Positions 9,596-19,501 of a DNA stretch of 64,000 nt are shown here, one piece after another. The notes under the pieces were generated by a model, which worked only from the letters and a program-made list of their open reading frames with translations, was not told the DNA's origin and searched no databases. Positions within the stretch are counted from its first letter, which is position 1. Every line of letters starts with the position of its first letter. Made by a program: the position numbers and the translations under genes. Location: contig CAVZSV010000004.1 of the NCBI GenBank assembly GCA_963778115.1, positions 96,001-160,000 of the forward strand, written 5' to 3'. This stretch comes from an uncultured delta proteobacterium. GTDB taxonomy: Bacteria; Bdellovibrionota; FAC87; UBA2466.

Positions 9596-10776
9596 ACTTG
9601 CTCTTTATAGGACTCACTCCAAGCCGAGATCTAGGCAAAGCCCTGCTCGCTAACGGATTGCCTTTCGACAGCACCAAACGACTTCCCCCTCGTGGCGATT
9701 TCGATCTGATAACGTTTGCCCCTCAGAAGACGAATCAGATTGCCCTTCTGGCGGACATCAAAAAACGATGGCCTTTGGCTTGGATCACTATCGTGGTCCC
9801 CCCGCAATGGCTGCAAAGTGAGTCCACTTTACCCGAACTCCTTAGGCGGCCAGAAAAAAACGAGATTTCGCTCGTCACCTTTTGGGAACAGACTTTTTGG
9901 TTTTCACTTCAAAATTCGATTCTCTTTCGAACTAATAAATTAAAAATGCAGAGCCTGAAAACGCATAACCGGACGTTACGACGCGAGTGCGATGAGCTCA
10001 AGGTCCAATCACAAACGCTTTTAGCCCAACTGCAGAAAGATATCGATCTCGCAAGCCAACTGCAGCACTCTCTCTTACCAAAAGGATCGCCTGAGATTGC
10101 TGGAGTGTCACTCGCGGTGAAATATATGCCGGCGGCAGGTCTGGGCGGCGACTATTACGATATTTTTGAGTTCGGAGACAAAAGACGTTTTGGAATCTTG
10201 ATCGCCGATTCTAGAACGCATGGAATGGCGGCCTCGCTGCTATCGGTGCTGGTTAAAGTGCGCTTGGAAGAGATGAAAGATAAGTTTCCAGACTCAAAGA
10301 GTTTCGTGGAATTTTTAAATCGGGAAATTAGGCTCACTCATCGCGCTAACCCCGAGCCTCTGTCTCTTCTGTATGGAATCTTGGATAGAAGCTCGCTTAA
10401 ATTTCAGTATACGATCTCAGGAAGTTTGAAACCGTTGCTTTGGCGAGATGGCGAGTGTCCGGCCCTTCCTTTAAATTCGGCTCCGCCTCTGGGAAACGTA
10501 GACCATTACAATTTTGAAGAGAATACCATCCGCCTGTTACCCGGAGATCTTTTGATCCTTCACACTGACGGCCTCGAAGGGCCGCTTCAAGGAAATGCAG
10601 AAACGCGAATCCGTGAAATTTTAACGGAGAAAGAGGAGCTCACTCCGCGGGAACTGCAAAATGAACTGATGGGAATCATCGACCGACACCTTCAAAAAAA
10701 TAAGCTCAAAGACGATTTGACGCTTATTCAGTTGGGTATCAACGAACAAACGCTGTATCTGGCTCCAACCGCTTAA
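9592..10776 (+). CDS. SpoIIE/RsbU-type PP2C phosphatase
   Basis: LASQLQHSLLP, GGDYYD, IAD, TDGL, DDLT motifs after a coiled coil. Confidence 0.88.
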   Translation: MNLLFIGLTPSRDLGKALLANGLPFDSTKRLPPRGDFDLITFAPQKTNQIALLADIKKRWPLAWITIVVPPQWLQSESTLPELLRRPEKNEISLVTFWEQTFWFSLQNSILFRTNKLKMQSLKTHNRTLRRECDELKVQSQTLLAQLQKDIDLASQLQHSLLPKGSPEIAGVSLAVKYMPAAGLGGDYYDIFEFGDKRRFGILIADSRTHGMAASLLSVLVKVRLEEMKDKFPDSKSFVEFLNREIRLTHRANPEPLSLLYGILDRSSLKFQYTISGSLKPLLWRDGECPALPLNSAPPLGNVDHYNFEENTIRLLPGDLLILHTDGLEGPLQGNAETRIREILTEKEELTPRELQNELMGIIDRHLQKNKLKDDLTLIQLGINEQTLYLAPTA

Positions 10777-10778
10777 CT

Positions 10779-11903
10779 TTAATCCAAATAGACTCTTGGA
10801 ACTCGCGAAGAAATTCCGCAAAACACTTCGTAGGGGATAGTTTCCGCCCAATGTGCGACATCCCAGCCGGAAAGAGCTTCTTTTCCTTCTTGGCCAATGA
10901 GTGTCACGGCAGTTCCTTCCCGAACGCCGGGGACATGGGAACAGTCGACGGCGGTCAAATCCATGGAGATTCGCCCGCGAATAGGAACGCGTTTGCCGTG
11001 AATCAAAACGCTCCCTTTGTTACTTAACAGTCTCGGATAGCCGTCGGCGTAGCCGATGGGCAAAATCGCAATCTTCTCTTTCCGTTTCGACTTATACGTC
11101 CTGCCATAACCTACCGTATCTCCTCGACCGATATGTTTTAGACAAAGCACTCGGGCTTTCCACTGAAGAATAGGAATAAGCTCCTGATGTCCTTCCCATC
11201 TCGGATTGGGGCAGACTCCGTACAAGCTGAGTCCCGGCCTAACCGCATTAGATAGGCCCGTCTTTGCGCGCAAGATTCCACCCGAATTCGAGACGTGAAT
11301 CTTGGCATCGGTATGGAGTAATTTGCGATGTTGAAGTTCGCTGCGTGTCGCTTCAAACATCTGAATCTGTTTGTCCGTAAAAGCAGAGGTCGCCACTTCA
11401 CTCTCAGCAAAGTGGGTCATAAGCCCCGCTAGTTTCAACTGCATCTTCTCCATGACACGAAATGCCTCTGGAAGTTCGTCTTCAGTGATTCCCAGACGAT
11501 TCATTCCGGTATCGATCTTTAGATGAATTTCAGGAAGCTTTGTGCGGCCAATCAAGCTCTTTAGATGGTTCACATTATGGATGACCGGAATGAGGTGATA
11601 TTTTAAATAGGCCTCCATTTGATGGGGCAGAAATCCGGACAAGACGATGATGGTAAGGGAATGGGGAAATTTCTTACGTAACTCAATCCCCTCCTCCAAG
11701 GTCGCCACCGCCAAAGTTTGAGCACAACCTCTAGATACGAGGGCTTTTGCAATCGGTATCATCCCGTGGCCGTAGGCATCGGCCTTCACCACGGCAATGA
11801 TCTCTTTGCCGCAACGTCCCCTTAGCGAAACCATATTTTTGACAAGAGCTCGCAAAGAGATTTCTGCGACCGTTCGGTAAGGAAACTGAAAGATGGTTCC
11901 CAT
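10779..11903 (-). CDS. alr: Alanine racemase
   Basis: AVVKADAYGHG (PLP Lys), HLKIDTGMNRLG, VRPGLSLYG, VGYG, GYADG, TIPYE. Confidence 0.97.
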   Translation of the reverse strand: MGTIFQFPYRTVAEISLRALVKNMVSLRGRCGKEIIAVVKADAYGHGMIPIAKALVSRGCAQTLAVATLEEGIELRKKFPHSLTIIVLSGFLPHQMEAYLKYHLIPVIHNVNHLKSLIGRTKLPEIHLKIDTGMNRLGITEDELPEAFRVMEKMQLKLAGLMTHFAESEVATSAFTDKQIQMFEATRSELQHRKLLHTDAKIHVSNSGGILRAKTGLSNAVRPGLSLYGVCPNPRWEGHQELIPILQWKARVLCLKHIGRGDTVGYGRTYKSKRKEKIAILPIGYADGYPRLLSNKGSVLIHGKRVPIRGRISMDLTAVDCSHVPGVREGTAVTLIGQEGKEALSGWDVAHWAETIPYEVFCGISSRVPRVYLD

Positions 11904-12004
11904 AAGCTAGGAAAACCGCCATTTTCCCAAGTTAAGGAGGAAGCGTCCAGCCTTATATTTTCATGTGGTTGTTCGTTCCAAATTCGACTATTGCTATCTG
12001 CCAT

Positions 12005-12406
12005 GGAGAGTCTGTCGAACGATCGCCGGCTTTCGGAAGGGAATTCTGGAAAGCGGGAGGAAAGTCCGGACACCGCAGGGTCCCGTAGCGGGTAACGCCC
12101 GTCCAGCGAAAGCTGCGGACCAGCACAACAGAGAGGATGTACAGAGCGATACCTCTGGCCTTGGCAAAGCCAAAGGGTGGGAAGATGGCCCTTAAAAGTC
12201 ATTTTCTAAAGCTGCTGTAGTGAAAACCGGTAAGCTCTACGGGGTGCAAGGTCAAACCGTGAAGCGTCTAGCGATCTTGATTTTTGAGACGCTAGCCCAA
12301 GTGTCCCGCTTGGTGTCTTCCAGGTAGACCGCTCGACTCCTTCGGCAACGAAGGGGCTAGACGAATGATCGTAAAGAACAGAATCCGGCTTATGGATAGG
12401 CTCTCC
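12005..12406 (+). ncRNA. rnpB: RNase P RNA
   Basis: P1 GGAGAGTCTGTC/GATAGGCTCTCC; CR-I GAGGAAAGTCCGG; ACAGAGA; GTGAAA; P18 with GCAA loop; CR-V ACAGAATCCGGCTTA. Confidence 0.97.
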
Positions 12407-12419
12407 AATCTATTTGGCC

Positions 12420-12479
12420 CAAAAGGTGCCCGTCGACTTTCAGGACCTCAAGGTCCTGAAAGTCGACGGGCACCTTTTG
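12420..12479. repeat. Perfect 29-bp inverted repeat (REP-like family A, copy 1); may also terminate rnpB
   Basis: CAAAAGGTGCCCGTCGACTTTCAGGACCT-CA-AGGTCCTGAAAGTCGACGGGCACCTTTTG. Confidence 0.9.
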
Positions 12480-12497
12480 AAAGAAAGGTTACCTATA

Positions 12498-12776
12498 ATG
12501 AAGTCGCACTGGTTCGGACGTGTTTTTAAGGTCTTTTCGGTAGGAGCGGTGATGGGGGCGATTTTGGCCACCTGGATCGGTCCCAAAATCATTCCCTGGT
12601 ACTACGAGCCCGGAGCCTCCATGGGAGTGACGTGCAAACCGTCAGTCCAAGGGGCGCTGTTCAGATTGCAATGGACCCAGATCATAGGCGTGCTCGTGGG
12701 AGGGATAATAGCCTGGATCTTTTTCTACGGCATTTTCGGCCACAAAGACGAACCCCGCGACCCCTTACTCGAATAG
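12498..12776 (+). CDS. Small two-TM membrane protein
   Basis: ATG after AAAGG; two hydrophobic helices flanking a short loop with one Cys. Confidence 0.65.
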   Translation: MKSHWFGRVFKVFSVGAVMGAILATWIGPKIIPWYYEPGASMGVTCKPSVQGALFRLQWTQIIGVLVGGIIAWIFFYGIFGHKDEPRDPLLE

Positions 12777-12783
12777 CCCACAA

Positions 12784-12832
12784 AAAGGTACGGCCTACCT
12801 TCTTGTATTACATAAAGGTAGGCCGTACCTTT
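12784..12832. repeat. REP-like family B inverted doublet; possible bidirectional terminator
   Basis: AAAGGTACGGCCTACCTT-N13-AAGGTAGGCCGTACCTTT between convergent genes. Confidence 0.85.
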
Positions 12833-12838
12833 ATGTAG

Positions 12839-13291
12839 TTAGCGGATGAAGGGTTCGCCTTGGAATTGATAGGCGTCGAGGATTCGAATCGGGTGGGATT
12901 TCAAAATGGGTTCGGGGAGATTGTCTATGGCAAACCAATCCCAGAGATCGACCTCTTCGTTCGGGGTAATGTCTCCTTCCAAACTTGTGATCAGAAAGCA
13001 GGCCACTACAAACTGGCCATGGTAGCCCTCTTGGAGCACTTCGACGGTGACGGTAAGACTAGGATCACTGTAGATGCCGATTAGCTTCTCTTCGTAAACT
13101 TCGAGCCCTATCTCTTCTTTGATCTCGCGTCTTAAGGCCGTACGCCAGTCTTCCCCTCCATCTAAATGGCCGCCTGGAAGGCACCACTTCCCGGGCTCCC
13201 GACAGCTGGGAGAACGCCTGGTCAATAGCACTTCGAGATTTTCATTGAAAATAACTCCATTAACGGCGGGAATGGGTTTGATTGGCTTCAT
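12839..13291 (-). CDS. NUDIX hydrolase (MutT/ADP-ribose pyrophosphatase-like)
   Basis: Nudix box GGHLDGGEDWRTALRREIKEEIGL; IYSDP. Confidence 0.92.
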   Translation of the reverse strand: MKPIKPIPAVNGVIFNENLEVLLTRRSPSCREPGKWCLPGGHLDGGEDWRTALRREIKEEIGLEVYEEKLIGIYSDPSLTVTVEVLQEGYHGQFVVACFLITSLEGDITPNEEVDLWDWFAIDNLPEPILKSHPIRILDAYQFQGEPFIR

Positions 13292-13354
13292 TTACCTTCT
13301 CCAGCAACGAAAACTTTGAGTTTTCTGAGCCCGTAACATAGAAGAGGGGCAGGA

Positions 13355-14533
13355 ATGAGTTCAAGCGGATTTGAGATACTAAAGACGGAGGGGTTGGCTC
13401 GGCGAGGCAGGCTTAGCCTTGCCCATGGAGTTATCGAAACGCCCACTTTCATGCCGGTAGGAACCTACGGTGCCGTAAAGACTCTGGCTCCCGGGGAGCT
13501 GGAAAGTATCGGGACCCAAATTTTGCTCGGAAATACTTACCACCTTTACCTGCGTCCCGGACTCGAAGTCCTCAGCACGGCTGGCGGTTTACACCGCTTT
13601 ATGAACTGGAAGCGCCCCATCCTCACCGATAGTGGAGGGTTCCAGGTTTTTAGTTTGGGGAGTCTTAAAAGCATCAATGACGACGGAGTCACATTCCGCT
13701 CGCACCTTAATGGAGATCTGCACCACCTAACGCCCGAGTTGTCGGCTGAAATTCAACAAGTCATTGGATCCGACATTGCTATGGTTCTCGACGAATGTGT
13801 GGCATTGCCCAATACCCCAGAAGTATTAGATGCCGCGGTCGATCGTAGCTTTCGTTGGGCCGAGCGGTTCTTAAAAGTCCCCCGATGCCCGGGACAAGCC
13901 ATTTTTGGAATCGCCCAAGGAGGGACCTCTCTTGCCCTAAGGCGAAAAAGCATTCAAGCCACGACCTCTTTGCCCATTGATGGTTTGGCCATCGGAGGGC
14001 TAAGTGTCGGGGAACCCCATGAAATCATGGTGGAGACATTGGAAGGGATCGGCAGCTATTTACCCCCCGCCCTACCTCACTACCTGATGGGTGTTGGCAC
14101 CCCGTTAGACCTTCTGGAAGCGGTTCGGTGCGGAATCGATATGTTTGATTGTGTCCTTCCCACGCGAAACGCCCGAAATGGCGGTTTTTTTACTGACGAC
14201 GGGTTACTTAATATACGCAATCACCAGTACCGCTTGGACGGTGCTCCTATCGCCGAGGATTGCCCAGGCGAATGCTGCCGAAACCATAGCCGCGCCTACT
14301 TGCGTCACCTCTTTCAGGTCAAGGAAATTCTAGGCTGCCGGCTTGCCACTATCCACAATCTCCTCTATTATCACCGTTTCATGTCAGGGATGCGTCATTC
14401 CTTAGAGAACGGTGATTTTGCTGGGTTTTATCGACAATGGAAGGGACGCCTTTCTGACGCTTATAAAAGGGACACCGTTCCCGCGCAAGTGGTTGTGGCT
14501 GACCCTGAGTTGACGTCAGTAAGCGCATCCTAA
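13355..14533 (+). CDS. tgt: Queuine tRNA-ribosyltransferase
   Basis: TPTFMPVGT, LTDSGGFQVFSL, GGLSVGE, DMFDCVLPTRNARNG. Confidence 0.97.
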   Translation: MSSSGFEILKTEGLARRGRLSLAHGVIETPTFMPVGTYGAVKTLAPGELESIGTQILLGNTYHLYLRPGLEVLSTAGGLHRFMNWKRPILTDSGGFQVFSLGSLKSINDDGVTFRSHLNGDLHHLTPELSAEIQQVIGSDIAMVLDECVALPNTPEVLDAAVDRSFRWAERFLKVPRCPGQAIFGIAQGGTSLALRRKSIQATTSLPIDGLAIGGLSVGEPHEIMVETLEGIGSYLPPALPHYLMGVGTPLDLLEAVRCGIDMFDCVLPTRNARNGGFFTDDGLLNIRNHQYRLDGAPIAEDCPGECCRNHSRAYLRHLFQVKEILGCRLATIHNLLYYHRFMSGMRHSLENGDFAGFYRQWKGRLSDAYKRDTVPAQVVVADPELTSVSAS

Positions 14534-14546
14534 GGAGGTAGTAAAA

Positions 14547-14918
14547 ATGAAAGCGTTTTCGAAATCAATTTTTCTAGTTTTGATAGCGGCGGGGAATTTC
14601 GCCGTTGCCGAAGCAGCAGCTCCGGCAAGCCCTGTCAGCGCCATCGGCCCGATGGTTCCTTTACTTATCATCTTTGGAATTTTTTATTTTCTCATCATCC
14701 GTCCGCAACAGAAGAAAGCGAAAGAGCAGCAGAAGTTCATCGCCGAGCTGAAGCGGGGGGACATGGTCATTACCAATAGCGGGATCATTGGAATGGTCAA
14801 AACATTGAGCGACAAACTTATCACTCTCGAAGTGGACGAAGGCGTCTGTCTAAAAGTATTACGAAGCCAAATCCTCGAGGGTGCTTCCGCACTAACGAAG
14901 GAACCAAAACCAGCCTAA
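14547..14918 (+). CDS. yajC: Preprotein translocase subunit YajC
   Basis: FYFLIIRPQQKK, LKRGDMVIT; AGGAGG RBS; tgt-yajC-secDF order. Confidence 0.95.
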   Translation: MKAFSKSIFLVLIAAGNFAVAEAAAPASPVSAIGPMVPLLIIFGIFYFLIIRPQQKKAKEQQKFIAELKRGDMVITNSGIIGMVKTLSDKLITLEVDEGVCLKVLRSQILEGASALTKEPKPA

Positions 14919-14941
14919 GAGGCTAGTTTCATAGGAGCATT

Positions 14942-16702
14942 ATGAAGGGTCTCAGCTGGAGAATTTTCACCGTATTTGCGACCGTCTTGTTTGCGATTTA
15001 CCTGCTTATCCCGTCAATCATCAAGTTCCAGACAGGGAGGCTGATTTCCGCCACCCCCAAAGCAGACGATCCTTGGTACTACCACGTCCTTCCGTCTGAA
15101 GTTTTGAAATTAGGACTGGATCTTAAAGGCGGCCTTCATCTAGTTCTTGGAATCGATTTCGATGAAGTGAATGCGGATGCCATCTTGAAATTGAAAAATC
15201 AGCTCAAGGACGTTCTTGAACGTGAAAAAGTGGAAGGCGTCCAACTCGAGACCAATGCCGAACAAAAATTACTCGTTCATTATAAAGACGATGCGCAGTG
15301 GCAGCAGGTAGACAAATTAGTGGGACAGCACTTGGGTACCTCACTAGATTTCGAAGGGCAAACCAAAGACACCGCTACTTTGGGAATGACCCCTAGTTAT
15401 GAAACGGAAGTGAGAAATCGCGCGATCGATCAGTCTTTGGAAACTTTGCGCAATCGTATTGATGAATTCGGAATCTCCGAACCCATCCTTACCCGCCAAG
15501 GCGAAGACAAAATATTGATCCAATTCCCCGGCGTGCAAGACCCCGGGCGATTGAAAGACATCATCTCGCGAACCGCAAAGCTTTCCTTTCAGATCGTCAA
15601 AGCCGGTCCCGAGGAACCCAATGGGCCTCCAGCGGCACAACAACTTCAGAAATGGGTCGATGATTTTCAAAAGGAAAAGAATATCAAGCCCACTGATATT
15701 AAACCCATTGCCTCTTACACCAAGGAATTAAACGAGTGGTTGGGAGCAAAGTTACCCCAAGGGACGGAAATCCTGTTTAAGCGCAGGGTCAACGTAAACA
15801 CCAAGGAAGCCGACTACATTCCCTATCTACTGGAAAAAGAGGCTATGGTGACCGGAGAAGATTTGGAAGATGCCCGGTACGGGTTCGATTCTCAAAGTCA
15901 AAACCCGGAAGTAGATTTCCAGTTAACCCCGATTGGCGCACAGAAATTTGAGAAGGCCACCGGACAAAACGTTCACAAGTACATGGCCATCGTCTTAGAC
16001 AACAACGTCCATTCCGCGCCGCAGATTCGTGAGCGGATTGGTGGCGGCCGCGCTAAAATCGACATGGCTGGCGGCGGACGATCTCAGCAAGACATTCTCA
16101 ATGACGCCAAAGATACTTCTTTGGTGCTTCGTTCGGGAGCTCTTCCCGCGCGGCTTGAGTTTCTGGAAGAAAGGGTAGTGGGCCCCTCTCTGGGAAGTGA
16201 TGCCATTAAAGCGGGCTCTCTCTCTCTGGCCGCCGGTCTCGCCCTGGTATTTCTATTTATGTCGGTCTACTACCGGACGTCCGGAGTGGTGGCCGTGGTT
16301 GCCCTGACTTTCAACGGTCTACTCATCTTTGCAATCCTTGCGGCCTTTGAAGGTACGTTAACCTTGCCTGGGTTGGCGGGTATCACTCTGACGCTTGGTA
16401 TGGCGGTCGACGCCAACGTGCTAATTTTCGAGCATATACGCGAAGAGCTTAGAGCAGGTAAGAGCGTGTCGCTTTCCATCGCTGAGGGTTACAGTCGAGC
16501 ATTTGCCGCGATTTTCGACACTCACGTCACGGCTATCATTGGGGCGATTATTTTACTCAGTTTCGGATACGGTCCTATTCGAGGGTTTGCCGTTACCTTG
16601 CTTGTGGGATTGGCAGCTTCACTTTACACGTCCGTATTTGTCACTCGTGTCATTCAAGACTATTTCATCGTCTCAAAAGGTAAGAAAACCATTAGCATCT
16701 AG
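14942..16702 (+). CDS. secD: Protein translocase subunit SecD
   Basis: LGLDLKGG, RNRIDEFGISEP, LRSGALPA, VGPSLG, GMAVDANVLIFE. Confidence 0.97.
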   Translation: MKGLSWRIFTVFATVLFAIYLLIPSIIKFQTGRLISATPKADDPWYYHVLPSEVLKLGLDLKGGLHLVLGIDFDEVNADAILKLKNQLKDVLEREKVEGVQLETNAEQKLLVHYKDDAQWQQVDKLVGQHLGTSLDFEGQTKDTATLGMTPSYETEVRNRAIDQSLETLRNRIDEFGISEPILTRQGEDKILIQFPGVQDPGRLKDIISRTAKLSFQIVKAGPEEPNGPPAAQQLQKWVDDFQKEKNIKPTDIKPIASYTKELNEWLGAKLPQGTEILFKRRVNVNTKEADYIPYLLEKEAMVTGEDLEDARYGFDSQSQNPEVDFQLTPIGAQKFEKATGQNVHKYMAIVLDNNVHSAPQIRERIGGGRAKIDMAGGGRSQQDILNDAKDTSLVLRSGALPARLEFLEERVVGPSLGSDAIKAGSLSLAAGLALVFLFMSVYYRTSGVVAVVALTFNGLLIFAILAAFEGTLTLPGLAGITLTLGMAVDANVLIFEHIREELRAGKSVSLSIAEGYSRAFAAIFDTHVTAIIGAIILLSFGYGPIRGFAVTLLVGLAASLYTSVFVTRVIQDYFIVSKGKKTISI

Positions 16703-16713
16703 GGAAAAAGAGA

Positions 16714-17691
16714 ATGAATTTTTTTCAAATTGTTCCTACACACACGAATATCGACTTCATCGGAAAGTTTAAGTACTTTATCGCGTTTTCGATCATCTCG
16801 GGAATCTTGACGATAGGGGGAATTTTCTTTCACGGCTTTAATTACGGAATCGATTTCACCGGTGGTAGCGTTCTTCAGGTTAAATTCACCCAGCCGAAAC
16901 ATCCTGACGAAGTTCGACGGATAGTCTCCGAATTGGGAGACCCCGAAGCGTCGGTAGTGGCATTGGGACAAGATCAAAGCGAATACCTTATCACTTCACG
17001 TCCGACGGAAAAGGCCAAAACGGAAGCTACCTCTCCGGGAGCCGCAAAGAATAAAGGAGCCCCTACCCTAAATTCCCTATTGGTCCAAAAGATGGGAAAA
17101 GATCAGGTTACTATCTTAAAGGCGGATGATGTCGGTCCCAAAGTCGGCGCCGAACTAAAAAGTTCCGCCCTGAGATCTCTTATCTATTCCGTTTTGTTGA
17201 TTACGATCTACATCTGGTTGCGTTTCGATTTCCGATTCGCTCCGGGTGCCACGATAGCGATGGTGCATGATCTTATTCTCTCTTCGGGTTTCTACCTCAT
17301 CACGGGTAAGGAATTTACGATTACCTCCATTGCCGCTTTGCTAACCATTGCAGGATATAGCGTTAACGACACCATCGTCGTCTACGATCGCGTGCGAGAG
17401 CTTTATAAAAAAGGGGGGCCCGGTCTTAGTCTGCCCGCTACTATTAACAAAGCCGTGAATCAGACGCTCTCCCGAACGCTGCTCACTTCGTTTGTGACTT
17501 TGATTTCCATCGTTCCCATCATCTTCCTATGTACCGGCGAAATTCAGAGCTTCGCGATGGCGATGTGCTTGGGTATTTTTGTAGGAACCTATTCGACGGT
17601 TTATATCGCTTCTCCGTTTACGATCTACGTAGAGAAGTTTTTGGAACACCGTAAGAAGAAGGCAGGCAATCGTAAGGTTGCCGTAGCGTAA
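16714..17691 (+). CDS. secF: Protein translocase subunit SecF
   Basis: GIDFTGG, VGPKVG, HD, GYSVNDTIVVYDRVRE, TLSRT. Confidence 0.97.
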   Translation: MNFFQIVPTHTNIDFIGKFKYFIAFSIISGILTIGGIFFHGFNYGIDFTGGSVLQVKFTQPKHPDEVRRIVSELGDPEASVVALGQDQSEYLITSRPTEKAKTEATSPGAAKNKGAPTLNSLLVQKMGKDQVTILKADDVGPKVGAELKSSALRSLIYSVLLITIYIWLRFDFRFAPGATIAMVHDLILSSGFYLITGKEFTITSIAALLTIAGYSVNDTIVVYDRVRELYKKGGPGLSLPATINKAVNQTLSRTLLTSFVTLISIVPIIFLCTGEIQSFAMAMCLGIFVGTYSTVYIASPFTIYVEKFLEHRKKKAGNRKVAVA

Positions 17692-17703
17692 GCGAGGTCT
17701 TCC

Positions 17704-18996
17704 GTGGCAGTCGCTCAGATTTCCCAACTCCAAAAACACATCGGCGAAAGTGTTACGCTTAGGGGATGGGTGTACAACAAACGCAGTTCTGGGAAAATTC
17801 GATTTCTTATCATGAGAGACGGTACGGGAGTCGTTCAGATCGTATTCGTCCGCGGGGTGGTCTCCGATGAAACCTTCGACCTTTTCGACAAACTGACCCA
17901 AGAGTCCTCCGTCATCGTGCAAGGAAAAGTCCGTGAGGATAAGCGATCAAAAAGTGGAGTCGAACTGGATGCCGAGACTTTGCAAGTGCTTCAGATTGCC
18001 CAAGACTATCCCATCGGTCCCAAGGAGCATGGACCTGATTTTCTGCTGTCGAACAGGCATTTATGGATTCGAAGCCTTAGACAAAATGCCATCCTTCGCA
18101 TTCGAAGCCGATTCGTCAAAGCCGTACGAGATTTTTTCGACAACAATGGTTTTACGCTGATAGACACGCCTATTTTCACGCCTGCCGCCTGTGAAGGAAC
18201 CACGACGTTATTTGAGACGGAATATTTCGGCGATAAAGCTTACTTATCGCAGAGCGGACAGCTCTATGGCGAAGCGGCGGCTCTGGCGTTCGGCAAAGTT
18301 TACTGCTTCGGCCCGACATTTAGGGCCGAGAAATCGAAGACTCGCAGACATCTGACGGAATTTTGGATGGTGGAGCCCGAAGTCGCTTTCAATGACTTGG
18401 CCGCCAATATGGAACTCGCCGAAGAGTTCTTGGAGTACACGATCCAAACGGTTCTCAAGGAGTGCCAACCGGAATTTCTCGTTCTCGAACGAGACACGAC
18501 GAAACTGCAAAACGTTAAGGCTCCTTTTCCAAGAATCACTTATACCGAAGCGGTGGAGCGCATCAAGGCGTTGGGGATTGCCTGTGAGTGGGGAAACGAT
18601 TTTGGATCGCCGGAAGAAACGGCCCTTGCCGAGCAGTTTGACAGACCCTTATTCGTCCATCGGTATCCCGCTAAGATCAAGGCTTTCTACATGAAGCCCG
18701 ACCCCCAAAACCCAGAATTGGCGTTAGGAGTCGACTGCCTTGCCCCTGAAGGCTACGGAGAGATCATAGGCGGTGGTCAGCGGGAAGAGGACATAGAAGC
18801 TTTGCGCAAAAGAATTCACGAGCATGGGCTTTCCGAAGAGAGCTTTGCTTGGTATCTGGATCTTCGAAAGTACGGTTCGGTGCCTCACGCTGGATTTGGC
18901 TTAGGAATAGAACGGACGATCTCTTGGATCTGTGGCCTTGAGCACTTACGAGAAGCGGCTGCTTTCCCCCGAATGATCACCCGAATCTATCCCTAA
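17704..18996 (+). CDS. asnS: Asparagine--tRNA ligase
   Basis: OB-fold N-terminus; [47 protein letters not shown]. Confidence 0.96.
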   Translation: MAVAQISQLQKHIGESVTLRGWVYNKRSSGKIRFLIMRDGTGVVQIVFVRGVVSDETFDLFDKLTQESSVIVQGKVREDKRSKSGVELDAETLQVLQIAQDYPIGPKEHGPDFLLSNRHLWIRSLRQNAILRIRSRFVKAVRDFFDNNGFTLIDTPIFTPAACEGTTTLFETEYFGDKAYLSQSGQLYGEAAALAFGKVYCFGPTFRAEKSKTRRHLTEFWMVEPEVAFNDLAANMELAEEFLEYTIQTVLKECQPEFLVLERDTTKLQNVKAPFPRITYTEAVERIKALGIACEWGNDFGSPEETALAEQFDRPLFVHRYPAKIKAFYMKPDPQNPELALGVDCLAPEGYGEIIGGGQREEDIEALRKRIHEHGLSEESFAWYLDLRKYGSVPHAGFGLGIERTISWICGLEHLREAAAFPRMITRIYP

Positions 18997-19017
18997 GAAA
19001 AGGGAGACGCTCACGCT

Positions 19018-19455
19018 ATGAAATTTCCAATTCTCTTGATGGCGCTCTTTACCCTTGCGCTCTTTGCTGAAGTTCCCGCTCTTCCCCCTTCAGGGCAGTC
19101 CCTGGGGAGTACGCCAGGTTTTGGGGGGAAAGAGGATGGAAGAGTCTGGGAGGGAACCTACCCCGAACGTTACAAGAAAGATCCCAAAAAACAGATCACC
19201 GGTCGCTGCATCATAGGTTCCGAAGAGGCGGCAAATCTAGAGATCGATTGCCCAAGGGTGACCTTCTCCTTTCAAAATTTGGACGGAAAGGAACTTAGTA
19301 AGGTAACGGTAGCGCACGGAAGATTTGCGATCTACCCGCCGTCAGGGACTGCGGGCTATTTCAAGATAGTCTCTGATAAGTACAAGATCACCACAAAGAC
19401 CGGGCCTTATCATCTAGGCGATGACGTGATTATTCGGTTGGAGTCAGTGAGATAG
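19018..19455 (+). CDS. Hypothetical secreted protein
   Basis: GGAG RBS, signal peptide, no recognised domain. Confidence 0.6.
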   Translation: MKFPILLMALFTLALFAEVPALPPSGQSLGSTPGFGGKEDGRVWEGTYPERYKKDPKKQITGRCIIGSEEAANLEIDCPRVTFSFQNLDGKELSKVTVAHGRFAIYPPSGTAGYFKIVSDKYKITTKTGPYHLGDDVIIRLESVR

Positions 19456-19501
19456 TTTGAAGTTTCGGCTTTTTGTCCTTGCGAGGCGAAGGAGAAGTCT
19501 C

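Noticed and set aside
11965..12195. 76-aa ORF and the antisense ORF 11822..12202
   Set aside because: Both overlap rnpB and are incidental frames.
12414..12497. N-terminal extension of the small membrane protein
   Set aside because: It only reads through the palindrome; ATG 12498 has an RBS.
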